Both the position numbers and the translations under genes were made by a program. A stretch of 64,000 nucleotides of DNA. Origin: an uncultured Bacteroidales bacterium. Its GTDB lineage: Bacteria > Bacteroidota > Bacteroidia > Bacteroidales > P3. Numbering within the stretch: position 1 is the first letter of the stretch; the number at the start of each line of letters is the position of its first letter. The stretch is from the NCBI GenBank assembly GCA_905235855.1, contig CAJONE010000005.1, positions 1,550 through 65,549 on the forward strand. The letters run 5' to 3'. Positions 1-9,325 of the stretch are shown here, in pieces. The notes beneath the pieces were generated by a model that saw only the letters and a program-made list of their open reading frames with translations, was not told where the DNA came from and ran no database searches.

Positions 1-1
1 G

Positions 2-1153
2 TTGGTAGTAAAACCCACCTACCGCGACACCACTTACGTTGTGGGATGCGGCAGCTATGATTGGGTTGTGGATGGCAGCACCATAGCCACCATAAGCCAT
101 GACACCTTGGCCTCGCACCTTACCACCAGCACCGATGGTCTCGACAGCATGCTGTATCTGCGCTATACACGCGGAAGCATCAACCGTGCCGACACCACAA
201 TCGTAGCATGCGACCACTACACGTTCAAAGGGATTGAATATACGGCGAGCAACAATGTATATGACACTGTACCCGGGGTTGGGATGGATTGCGACACGCA
301 GTACACATGGCATATTCGCATAAACCACCCGATAAATCGGGCGGAAACTGCGGATGTTTGCGACTCGCTGGTGTGGAATGGAACCCTCTATCGGGAATCT
401 GTCACAGATATTTATCACTATACTGCAAATGCCTGTGAGAATACCGACACATTGCACCTTACGGTGCGTTACAGTACAATAGGCGATACTGTGGTCTATG
501 CGCCGCAGAGCTACATATATTTTGATACTACTTTTACCGAAAGTGGCGACCACGCGTATGTGATTCCTAACCAGATAGGATGTGATAGCATAGTGACCAT
601 ACACTTGTACGTGACCCCTCTCGGAATACCGCTACCACAATTGTATGCTTATGAACAGAATGTGCTTATATTGAACCACTACCCGTTTGGCGACAACACT
701 CGTGTGGAGTATGACAGCATCTATTGGGAAAAAGATGGCGTGGTGATGGCGGGCTTCAGCGACGACAACTACCATTTGGATAACTACGGACGGCTAACGG
801 GCTGTTTCAAAGTTTGGGTTAAAATCGAGGGTGTATGGTTCCCAACCAACGAGCTTTGCATGGGTAGTAACGGGATAGACGATGTTTCGGCGGAAATAAA
901 CTTCAATGTGTGGCCTAATCCTGTGCTGCAGGGCCAACCGCTTAATATCGCAATCAGCACTCACACGTCAAACGCCGGAAGCCAGTGGGTTGTGACCGTT
1001 CACGACTTGACAGGACACAAAATACTTGAAAAAAGTATTTGTGGAGAATCTTCTGTGGCATGTTGCACACTTGAAAAAGGAACATATATAGTAACCGTTT
1101 TGGACGCTGCGACAAAGTGGACATCCGCCGGAAAGCGTATTGTAATACGATAG
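2..1153 (+). CDS. Secreted Cys-pair repeat protein with T9SS C-terminal sorting domain (5' end cut by window edge)
   Basis: The ORF is open to the window start. It carries tandem ~50-60 aa modules that open with C-x-x-(Y/L)-x-(W/F)-x-G..Y and close with GC(D/E)(S/T)..L.L.V. The last ~80 aa (NFNVWPNPV...GTYIVTVLD...RIVIR) fit the T9SS CTD pattern. Confidence 0.75.
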   Translation: MVVKPTYRDTTYVVGCGSYDWVVDGSTIATISHDTLASHLTTSTDGLDSMLYLRYTRGSINRADTTIVACDHYTFKGIEYTASNNVYDTVPGVGMDCDTQYTWHIRINHPINRAETADVCDSLVWNGTLYRESVTDIYHYTANACENTDTLHLTVRYSTIGDTVVYAPQSYIYFDTTFTESGDHAYVIPNQIGCDSIVTIHLYVTPLGIPLPQLYAYEQNVLILNHYPFGDNTRVEYDSIYWEKDGVVMAGFSDDNYHLDNYGRLTGCFKVWVKIEGVWFPTNELCMGSNGIDDVSAEINFNVWPNPVLQGQPLNIAISTHTSNAGSQWVVTVHDLTGHKILEKSICGESSVACCTLEKGTYIVTVLDAATKWTSAGKRIVIR

Positions 1154-1197
1154 ATAGCCCGCAAATAGGAAGATAAAGACGCTCAAATATCCATACT

Positions 1198-2112
1198 ATG
1201 CAAAAGACAATCACAAATATATTGGCCGTTTTTTTTCTTATAGCCGCCGCAGTTCCGGTTAAGGCGCAGGAAATTCAAACAGAAAAGCCCCTTACTATTG
1301 TGGAAGGCAGTCATCTTTCGTTTGCTGTCAAGATGGGATATGCTAACTTTATGGTCAATAGTGAGAAAGCAAAAAACAGTCCAGGTGGTTTCGGTGTAGG
1401 TGCTGAAATAGATTACACACATTTTGTAAGCGACCACATTGGATTGCGTGTCGGATGCGAATTCAGCATTCTCACCAGTCGCTACATTATGTCGAGCTAC
1501 ACTGTGCAGAGCAGCGAGCCGATACAGGTGTGGACAAACATCGAGCGTGGCGAGTCAATGACCGTGAACGCTGATTACCGCACTACCACGAAAGATATAA
1601 GTGCCACTTACACGTATACTTCGGTCGGAATACCGGTGGGGTTTGCTTTACAAGGCGAGCATTGGTATGCAATGGCGGGTGCCAAGTTCTATATTCCGTT
1701 GAAATTGCACGAGGAATCGCACTATGGCGAAACGCAAACCGAATGTGTCTCGATCGGCAATAACACCGTATCAATACCGGCAGGTACATTTGGTGGGAAG
1801 AAAATAAACACGATGTCGTACGACTGTTCGGCGCGTGGCAACACTTTCAAACCTTTCTTTGCCACCAGCATAATCGAGGCCGGTTACCGTTTGGGACGCA
1901 CCCGTGGTGACGCTATCGGGATTGGTGTTTATGCGGAATTTGCGTTCAACGAATGCCACCCTGGAAACGACCAACCGCTTATCAGCCGTTCGGGTGGCGT
2001 GGTTTCGTCCGTACCTACCCTTCGCAGTGATGTGGTGAAAAGTCTGCGACTGATGAATGTGGGTTTAAAACTACAGTACGATTTCAGCTTCCGTCATCCC
2101 CGAAGAAGATGA
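1198..2112 (+). CDS. Outer-membrane beta-barrel (porin-family-like) protein
   Basis: Signal peptide ending VKA|QEIQ. Alternating amphipathic strands rich in G/Y/A/F, and a C-terminal aromatic-rich strand (LKLQYDFSF). Confidence 0.5.
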   Translation: MQKTITNILAVFFLIAAAVPVKAQEIQTEKPLTIVEGSHLSFAVKMGYANFMVNSEKAKNSPGGFGVGAEIDYTHFVSDHIGLRVGCEFSILTSRYIMSSYTVQSSEPIQVWTNIERGESMTVNADYRTTTKDISATYTYTSVGIPVGFALQGEHWYAMAGAKFYIPLKLHEESHYGETQTECVSIGNNTVSIPAGTFGGKKINTMSYDCSARGNTFKPFFATSIIEAGYRLGRTRGDAIGIGVYAEFAFNECHPGNDQPLISRSGGVVSSVPTLRSDVVKSLRLMNVGLKLQYDFSFRHPRRR

Positions 2113-3200
2113 AAATACTCCTTTTGGGTGCCACGGGTCTGCTGGGTAACAATGTTCTCGAAACACTGCTTTTGGGCGGACATGATGTTACAGTGATAGT
2201 CCGTAACCCCGACGCTGTTGTCGGTGTCAGTGTCCCCGATGATGCACAGCAAAGACTTCGCGCTTCCAGTGGATTGCCGGAGGTTTCTTTCTCGTCGGGT
2301 GGTTCAGAAGTAAGAATCATCAAAGGTCTTTTGACAGATGCCCGTATAATGCGGCATGCGGCCAGGGGGTGCAATGCTTTGGTCAACTGTGCCGGCGACA
2401 CCGACATGTCGCACCGTCGTCAGGAAGATTATTATCCCGTAAATCGTGACTTGTGTACCACAATATTGGAAGTGGCCCAAACCGAGAAAATAGAAACCAT
2501 AGTCCATGTCAGTACGGTCAACACTATAGGCCACGGTTCTGAGGCGTTGCTGTCCGATGAAAATGTTGCAATGCAGCCGCCTTTTACGGACTCGTGGTAT
2601 GCGTTGAGCAAGCTTGCCGGCGAGCGAATCCTGCTCAATGGGAATTTTGAAAATCGAAGGAGTGCAAATCTCTCTCAAGTCAAACCCAGAGTAGTCATTG
2701 TTAACCCTGGCTACATCATAGGAAAATACGATCAAAAGCCATCTTCTGGCAAACTGCTCATCGCGGGATGGCGTAAAAGGCTTATGATAGTGCCACCGGG
2801 CGGGAAGAGTTTTGTCGGTGCCCATACGGTGGCCATGGCAATAGAAGCTGCTTTGACCAAAGGGCGAAACGGTGAAAAATATATTGTCACGGACGAGGAT
2901 ATGACCTTTTGTCAGTTCTTCCAGTCTGCGGCCCAAGCAGGCGGGTATAAACAGCATATAATCGTTTTGCCCAGATTTGTGTGCCGACTCGCGGGCGTGA
3001 TAGGCGATGCGCTTGCATGGATCGGGATAGGAGTCTCCTTTACGAGCAGGAATGTCAGGCAGTTGATGGTTTTCGAACACTATTCAAACCAAAAGATGGT
3101 GGAGGAACTTGCTATAGAGCCGTCACCCATATATGAAGCTATAAAGGATTTCCTGAAATACAAACAGCTGTATAGGCAACATATTCGCAAAAGTTTGTAA
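2109..3200 (+). CDS. NAD(P)-dependent epimerase/dehydratase (extended SDR) family protein
   Basis: N-terminal Rossmann motif MKILLLGATGLLGNNV and a YALSK-type catalytic Y-x-x-x-K (WYALSKLAGE). Confidence 0.75.
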   Translation: MKILLLGATGLLGNNVLETLLLGGHDVTVIVRNPDAVVGVSVPDDAQQRLRASSGLPEVSFSSGGSEVRIIKGLLTDARIMRHAARGCNALVNCAGDTDMSHRRQEDYYPVNRDLCTTILEVAQTEKIETIVHVSTVNTIGHGSEALLSDENVAMQPPFTDSWYALSKLAGERILLNGNFENRRSANLSQVKPRVVIVNPGYIIGKYDQKPSSGKLLIAGWRKRLMIVPPGGKSFVGAHTVAMAIEAALTKGRNGEKYIVTDEDMTFCQFFQSAAQAGGYKQHIIVLPRFVCRLAGVIGDALAWIGIGVSFTSRNVRQLMVFEHYSNQKMVEELAIEPSPIYEAIKDFLKYKQLYRQHIRKSL

Positions 3201-3205
3201 TTTTG
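3198..3205 (+). promoter_or_regulatory. Bacteroidetes -7 promoter box (TAATTTTG)
   Basis: Exact match to TAnnTTTG, 28 nt upstream of the pyrH ATG. Confidence 0.4.
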
Positions 3206-3232
3206 CAAATCATTATCAAAAAACAAGTAGGC

Positions 3233-3940
3233 ATGAAGTATAAGCGAGTGTTACTTAAATTGAGTGGAGAGTCGCTGATGGGTGAGCAGGGATATGGAAT
3301 ATCGCCCAAGATGCTCGAACAGTATGGAGCCGACATAAAGGCTGCGGTAGAGGCTGGACTGGAATTGGCGATTGTGATAGGCGGAGGAAATATTTTCCGC
3401 GGCCTCACCGGTGCGGCGCAGGGTTTTGACCGTGTGCAGGGCGACTACATGGGAATGCTGGCCACGCTTATAAACAGCATGGCTCTACAGTCGGAACTCG
3501 AACGTCAGGGATTGAGAACCGAGTTGCTTTCGGGCCTCCAGATAGAACCTATATGCAAGGCCATGTCGCGTCGCCGTGCCATTGAGGCTATGCGCGAGGG
3601 ATGCGTCGTAATCATTGGGGGTGGGAGCGGAAACCCGTTCTTCACCACCGACACGGCCTCTGCGCTGCGAGCGGTTGAAATCCAAGCCGACGCAATACTC
3701 AAAGGTACGCGTGTCGACGGCATTTATACCGCCGACCCCGAGAAGGATCATACGGCCACAAAATACCAATGTCTTTCGTATCAGGAAGCATTGTCAAGAC
3801 ATCTGAAGGTTATGGATCTCACGGCATTTGCACTTTGTGAGGAAAACAGTCTGCCGATATATGTGTTTGACATGAACAACCCCGGCAACCTTTTACGTGT
3901 GGTCAAGGGCGAACAGATTGGAACGGAAGTGTGCAAATAG
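3233..3940 (+). CDS. pyrH: UMP kinase
   Basis: MKYKRVLLKLSGESL..., GGGNIFRG and GSGNPFFTTDTASALRA motifs. The ATG at 3233 is preferred over the upstream ORF-track start. Confidence 0.95.
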   Translation: MKYKRVLLKLSGESLMGEQGYGISPKMLEQYGADIKAAVEAGLELAIVIGGGNIFRGLTGAAQGFDRVQGDYMGMLATLINSMALQSELERQGLRTELLSGLQIEPICKAMSRRRAIEAMREGCVVIIGGGSGNPFFTTDTASALRAVEIQADAILKGTRVDGIYTADPEKDHTATKYQCLSYQEALSRHLKVMDLTAFALCEENSLPIYVFDMNNPGNLLRVVKGEQIGTEVCK

Positions 3941-4037
3941 TCGATCCGCCAACCGCTGCGTTCAGGTTCACTTTAATGAGGGTGCTCGGCCAAAGACCGT
4001 TCAAAGAGTCAGTATTAAAATCTAAAAATCTTTTCAT

Positions 4038-4601
4038 ATGAATGAATTATCAAAAGCCTGTCTCGACGAGGCTCGCAACAGTATGCAGGGTGCCATCAAT
4101 TTCTTGAATAAGGAACTTGGCAAAATTCGTGCCAGCAAAGCCAATCCAGCCATGCTCGACGGTGTAAAGGTGGACTATTATGGTACACCGACAGAAATCA
4201 GTCAGGTGGCAAATATCAACACGCCTGACCCACGCAACATAATAATACAGCCGTGGGAGAAAACGCTTGTGGGTGCTATCAACAAGGCGATACTTGATGC
4301 CAATCTGGGTTTCACCCCACGCCATGAGGGCGACATATTGCGCATCGTGGTTCCGCCCATGACCGAGGAAAGGCGTAAAGAACTAACCAAATTGGCCAAG
4401 AGCGAGGTTGAAACTGGCAAAGTAAATGTGCGTAACGCTCGCCGCAATGTACTCGACAAAGTCAAAAAACTTAAAGACAAATCGGTTCCGGAGGATGAGG
4501 TGAAGCAAGTCGAGAAAGAACTACAGGATATCACCGACAAGTTCGTGGCAGAGTGCGACAAAATCTTTGCCACGAAAGAAAAAGAAATAATGACCGTATA
4601 G
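4038..4601 (+). CDS. frr: Ribosome recycling factor
   Basis: 187 aa with a typical RRF sequence (RASKANPAMLDGVKVDYYG, PPMTEERRKEL). Follows pyrH as in most bacteria. Confidence 0.95.
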   Translation: MNELSKACLDEARNSMQGAINFLNKELGKIRASKANPAMLDGVKVDYYGTPTEISQVANINTPDPRNIIIQPWEKTLVGAINKAILDANLGFTPRHEGDILRIVVPPMTEERRKELTKLAKSEVETGKVNVRNARRNVLDKVKKLKDKSVPEDEVKQVEKELQDITDKFVAECDKIFATKEKEIMTV

Positions 4602-4698
4602 GAAAAAGAGAGGAGTGCGTTGCATGGTGGACCGCTTTGGCTATACGGCTAAAGGAAATGTGTTGATATCTCGCTCCGCTTAACGCAGAACCATTTGA

Positions 4699-5595
4699 AT
4701 GTCCGATATGGTTGTATCGTCCGACACCCTGAATTCAGTGGCTATAGGCGCGGAAGGTGTGGAGCCGGTGACGGATGCTTTGTTATGCGGTTCCGCATAC
4801 GTGTCTGGTAAACCTGTAGCCCTCGTTGAGGAGGGTGAATATGTGCTGTTTTGTGAGGATTCTGTTTTCAAGTCACCCGATCAGTCCGCATTGCCTGAGC
4901 GGGTATCGCTTTTCAAAAACCATCTTTTAAAAGCAGAACACTGTGGTGAGGTTAAAAGGGTGGAGGATGGCGATGGCGGATATTTGTTCGGCGTGATGTT
5001 GATACTTACGGTTTTGTTGTTGGTATTTTGTCAGGTGCGCAAGATCGAGTTGAAGAAATGCGTGATGTCGGTTTTAAGTATGCGACACACAAACATAATG
5101 GTGAGAGAGGCGGGCTTGAAAAACGATTTGTCTCTGTGGCCGTTGCCGTTTATTTACTATTCGGTTCAGGGGGCATTGGGATATGTTGCCGCGACAAAAC
5201 TGTTTGGTGAAGAAATCTATGGTATGCTTGGTTTGCCGGTTCTGGTAGGCTCTTTTTTGGCGTTCAGTTTCTTGAAATATTTGCTAATTAAGCTTTTGGG
5301 TTTGGCATGCAATGGTGAAGAAGCCGTGAGCATGTATCTGATATCGGGAAGTTTTTTTCAGCAGATAGGCTCTGTACTTTTGATTCCTTTGACCATTGTT
5401 GGATATTATGTTGAGAAAAATGTGATATGGGTTGCCGGGGCAGTTGCCGCGCTGTTTTTTGTTTTGCGGTTGGGCCGGGGCTTGGCTATGGTTCTGTCGC
5501 GGTCGGCCGGGTCAAAATTGTATTTATTTTATTACCTTTGCATTGTTGAAATAATACCTATTTTGGTAATCGCAAAGGTGTTAATTGACTTTTAA
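4699..5595 (+). CDS. Multi-pass membrane protein (DUF4271-like)
   Basis: About 6 hydrophobic helices. Its position directly upstream of the HemD-like gene is the conserved Bacteroidetes arrangement as I recall it. Confidence 0.55.
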   Translation: MSDMVVSSDTLNSVAIGAEGVEPVTDALLCGSAYVSGKPVALVEEGEYVLFCEDSVFKSPDQSALPERVSLFKNHLLKAEHCGEVKRVEDGDGGYLFGVMLILTVLLLVFCQVRKIELKKCVMSVLSMRHTNIMVREAGLKNDLSLWPLPFIYYSVQGALGYVAATKLFGEEIYGMLGLPVLVGSFLAFSFLKYLLIKLLGLACNGEEAVSMYLISGSFFQQIGSVLLIPLTIVGYYVEKNVIWVAGAVAALFFVLRLGRGLAMVLSRSAGSKLYLFYYLCIVEIIPILVIAKVLIDF

Positions 5596-5686
5596 ACAGT
5601 GTGATAACAAAGAAACGGTGAATGGCATTATTCGAGATTTCAATGAATAACCATTAAATAAATCAAATCAATTCCAACCTTGTTCC

Positions 5687-6658
5687 GTGGCTAAAATTAA
5701 AAATATTCTTATATCACAGCCCGAGCCTGCCGATATCGAGAAATCGCCCTACAAATCGCTCCACAGTGATTTTAACTTGAAACTGACTTTTTTCAAGTTT
5801 TTCAATGTCGAAGGAATCAGTGCATCGGAGTTCCGGAAAAGCCGTATACATATAGGCGAGCACACGGCAATTATACTGAACAGCCGCAACTCGGTCGACC
5901 ACCTCTTCCGAATGGCTAAAGAATTGCGTGAGGTGATACCGGAAACCATGAAATATTTCTGCACATCCGAGGCCATCGCCCTCTATCTGCAGAACTATAT
6001 CCAGTACCGGAAACGCAAGATTTTTTTCGGCAAGCAGTATTTTGCCGACCTGATTGACGTGATGTCCAAACACCGCGAAGAGAATTTTCTTTTTCCCTGC
6101 TCGGACGAAAAGCAGACCGAATACACGAAATTGCTCGACAAGGCCAAATTCAAGTACACAAAGGCTCCGATGTACCGTTCGGTGCCGCGCGACCTCTCGC
6201 ATATCAAACTTGATGACTACGATATAGTGGCTCTGTATTCCCCGATAGGGGTTCGATCGCTTATTCAGAATTTCCCCGACGTGGCAGAGCGAAACATTAT
6301 AATAGCGGCCTTTGGCCTTTCCACTCACGCAGCGCTGAAGGAGGCTGGCATACCGCTGTCGATCAAGGCTCCTACACCGTCGGCTCCATCGATGGCTATG
6401 GCTTTGGAAAACTATTTGCTTGGTAAGCCTCAAGATGAGGTGATTGTGGTTCGTCCAACCAGCCTGAAGGCTCAGCAGAAACTGCATGGCAAGACACTGC
6501 CTAACGGAAAGAAGTTGAGACCGGTTATAGCCAACAAAGAGAAATACAAGCAACGACTGGAGCAAAAAAAGGCCGAGGCGGCAGCACGCCGTGCTGAACG
6601 AAAAGCCGAACGCGAAAAGAAAGAGCGTGAAAAGGCTGAAAAGAAAAATATCAAGTAG
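5687..6658 (+). CDS. Uroporphyrinogen-III synthase-like (HemD family) protein with Lys/Glu-rich C-terminal tail
   Basis: GTG start. The two-lobed HemD-like sequence begins ILISQPEP. The C-terminal 50 aa are a K/E/R/A low-complexity tail. Confidence 0.65.
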   Translation: MAKIKNILISQPEPADIEKSPYKSLHSDFNLKLTFFKFFNVEGISASEFRKSRIHIGEHTAIILNSRNSVDHLFRMAKELREVIPETMKYFCTSEAIALYLQNYIQYRKRKIFFGKQYFADLIDVMSKHREENFLFPCSDEKQTEYTKLLDKAKFKYTKAPMYRSVPRDLSHIKLDDYDIVALYSPIGVRSLIQNFPDVAERNIIIAAFGLSTHAALKEAGIPLSIKAPTPSAPSMAMALENYLLGKPQDEVIVVRPTSLKAQQKLHGKTLPNGKKLRPVIANKEKYKQRLEQKKAEAAARRAERKAEREKKEREKAEKKNIK

Positions 6659-6693
6659 TCAGGTCAGACTCGCATCCGGACAAACAGGGGACA

Positions 6694-7122
6694 TTGAACA
6701 CCTTACGGAAATCGGAAAGGCTGTGTAGCCGCAAGCAGATAGAACGTCTTTATAAAGATGGACACGGTTTTGTGTGTTTTCCATACAGTGTCAGGTGGAT
6801 GTTTGCTCCGAATCAGGTAGTGGAGCAATCGGGAAGTGTGGACAGTCCAAATGTGATGGTTCTTGTTTCCGTGTCCAAACGCCGGTTTCGCAAAGCTGTT
6901 GACAGAAATCGTATAAAACGGCTTACGCGCGAATGCTATCGTCTTCGAAAGAAAAGCCTTTACGAGCAATTCTCGAAAGCTTCGCTCAACCCTATTCTGC
7001 TCTCATTGAGTTATATCGATACAAAAATGCCTGATTTTCACCAGATTTCACACAAATTCGACATGCTCCAGGAGCGACTAAAAAAGGAGGTGCGCGATGC
7101 GCAGGTTGGCAAGGATGATTAG
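6694..7122 (+). CDS. rnpA: Ribonuclease P protein component
   Basis: Small basic protein with the RNR-like motif ([13 protein letters not shown]). Directly followed by yidD. TTG start. Confidence 0.85.
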   Translation: MNTLRKSERLCSRKQIERLYKDGHGFVCFPYSVRWMFAPNQVVEQSGSVDSPNVMVLVSVSKRRFRKAVDRNRIKRLTRECYRLRKKSLYEQFSKASLNPILLSLSYIDTKMPDFHQISHKFDMLQERLKKEVRDAQVGKDD

Positions 7123-7339
7123 CGCCACGATAGGCAGGGTGATGCTGGGTTTAATATGGCTTTACCGTCGCTGCATATCCCCGTTGCTGCCTCCGGTTTG
7201 CCGTTACACGCCTACCTGTTCGCAGTATGCGGTTGAGGCTATAAAAAAATACGGCCCGTTTAAGGGCGGCTGGCTTGCGGCCAGACGCATTTTGCGTTGC
7301 AACCCGTGGGGCGGTTCGGGCTACGATCCCGTGCCATAG
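7097..7339 (+). CDS. yidD: Membrane protein insertion efficiency factor YidD
   Basis: [37 protein letters not shown] signature. The start could instead be the internal ATG at 7115. Confidence 0.9.
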   Translation: MRRLARMISATIGRVMLGLIWLYRRCISPLLPPVCRYTPTCSQYAVEAIKKYGPFKGGWLAARRILRCNPWGGSGYDPVP

Positions 7340-7437
7340 CGTTGGGGGTGGATTGGTATATTCTGGCATATGTTAGCGTTTCGCATATCGCGCACACCCA
7401 TAAATCCAATAATTCAGTAAAATAAATACAAACAAAA

Positions 7438-9081
7438 ATGAAAAAGTTAATGGTAACACTTATGGCACTTTCGCTCTTCGCCGCTTTTGGCTGCAAGAAC
7501 AAGAAAGCCACTAACGAACCGAAACAGACTTCTGAAATTGAACAGAAGGTAAACGAGTATGCCGAGTTCACTTTGACAACCGACATCTCACGGCTCAGTG
7601 AAAAAGAGAAACAGCTCCTGCCGGTGCTTGTAGAGATAGCCGACATAATGGATGAGCTATACTGGGAGCAGTATTTCGGTCTTGATAACCGAAAGTCTCT
7701 CGACACTTTGAGTGACCCTGCTGTGCGAGAGTTTGCCTTGTTGCAATATGGAGCTTGGGATCGTCTCGACGGCGAGAAACCGTTTGTTCCCGGATATGGT
7801 GAACGTCCGAAAGGCGCCAACTTTTATCCCGCCGACATGACCAAAGAGGAATTCGATGCCCTGAATGATCCCGAAAAGAGTAGTCAGTATACCATTCTGC
7901 GTCGTGACGAGAACGGTGCGCTGAAAGTTATTCCCTACCACGAGGCCTACTCCGAAAAGTTGACCAAGGTTTATGAATTGATGGGCAAAGCCATCGAGTT
8001 GGCCGAAGACGAGGGTCTGAAAAACTACCTCACCGAGCGGCGCAAAGCCCTGCAAACCGATGACTATTTTGCCAGTGATATGGCTTGGATGGACATGAAG
8101 AACAGCAAGATTGACTTTGTGGTCGGCCCCATTGAAAATTACGACGACGCCCTATTTGGATACAAGACTTCCTACGAGTCGTTTATACTTGTAAAGGACG
8201 AGAAATGGAGCAATGATTTGGCCAAGTTCGTAAAGATGCTTCCCGACCTGCAGAAGCAGCTGCCTTGCGATGAGAAATACAAGAAAGAAGTGCCCGGCAC
8301 CGAAAGTGACCTCAACGTTTATGATGCGATATACTACGCCGGCGACTGCAATGCGGGTTCCAAAACCATAGCCATTAATTTGCCAAACGACGAACGGGTG
8401 CACCTGAAAAAAGGAGCACGCCGTCTGCAGCTAAAGAATGCTATGCAGGCCAAGTTCGAGACCATATTGATGCCGATTGCGAATTTGTTTGTTTGCGAGG
8501 ACCAGATGGACAATGTAAACTTCAACGCTTTTTTCAGCAACGTCTGCTTCCACGAGGTGGCCCATGGCTTGGGCATCAAGAACACGGTAACGGGCAAAGG
8601 CAACCTGCGCGATGCCTTGAAAGAACAGTACAGTGCGTGGGAAGAGGCCAAGGCTGACATTTGCGGTCTTTTCCTCACACAAACCCTTATCGAGCAGGGG
8701 GAGATAACCAACTGCACTGTCGAGGACGCATACGTCACATTCATAGCTGGCATTCTTCGTAGTGTGCGATTTGGCGCAACCGAAGCTCATGGCGTTGCCA
8801 ATATGATGTGTTTCAATTACTTGGAAGACAACGGTGCATTTACGCGCAACGAGCAGGGCAAATATCTTGTCAATGTCGAGAAGATGCGTGAGGCAATCAA
8901 CAGCTGGGCAGCTTTGATACTCCGTGTCGAGGGCGACGGCGACTACGACTTCGCCAAGTCCTATGCCGCCAAGAATGGTGTCGTAAGGGCTGATTTGCAG
9001 AAAGATTTGGATGTAATCCGCGAGAACAACATACCGAAGGACATCCGATACAATCAGGGTCTCAAGGCTCTTGGCTTGTAA
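7438..9081 (+). CDS. Zinc peptidase lipoprotein, DPP III-like (M49 / NUDT3-C-terminal type)
   Basis: Lipoprotein signal (LFAAFGC). HEVAHGLG plus downstream EEAKADICG fit the two zinc-binding motifs of the DPP III-related family. Confidence 0.65.
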   Translation: MKKLMVTLMALSLFAAFGCKNKKATNEPKQTSEIEQKVNEYAEFTLTTDISRLSEKEKQLLPVLVEIADIMDELYWEQYFGLDNRKSLDTLSDPAVREFALLQYGAWDRLDGEKPFVPGYGERPKGANFYPADMTKEEFDALNDPEKSSQYTILRRDENGALKVIPYHEAYSEKLTKVYELMGKAIELAEDEGLKNYLTERRKALQTDDYFASDMAWMDMKNSKIDFVVGPIENYDDALFGYKTSYESFILVKDEKWSNDLAKFVKMLPDLQKQLPCDEKYKKEVPGTESDLNVYDAIYYAGDCNAGSKTIAINLPNDERVHLKKGARRLQLKNAMQAKFETILMPIANLFVCEDQMDNVNFNAFFSNVCFHEVAHGLGIKNTVTGKGNLRDALKEQYSAWEEAKADICGLFLTQTLIEQGEITNCTVEDAYVTFIAGILRSVRFGATEAHGVANMMCFNYLEDNGAFTRNEQGKYLVNVEKMREAINSWAALILRVEGDGDYDFAKSYAAKNGVVRADLQKDLDVIRENNIPKDIRYNQGLKALGL

Positions 9082-9274
9082 CTTGTTGTCCGTGCGAATG
9101 CCCGACAGCGGATTGAAGTCATTGAAAAAATGCCGTTGGCAAGGCTTCCGTAGCATGTGGTGGCGACACGAGAATTCGCTAATCCAAATATTTTGACAAG
9201 TTGGAGGGCGGTGCAAATTATTGCATCGCTCTCTCTTTGTTCAGGCTCGATATAGCGGTTTTAAAAACTTATCG

Positions 9275-9282
9275 TAAATTTG
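9275..9282 (+). promoter_or_regulatory. Bacteroidetes -7 promoter box (TAAATTTG)
   Basis: TAnnTTTG match 44 nt upstream of the 9326 start. Confidence 0.4.
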
Positions 9283-9325
9283 CAAGCTAAAACAAGGAGT
9301 CACAATTCCAAGAAATCTGATCTGA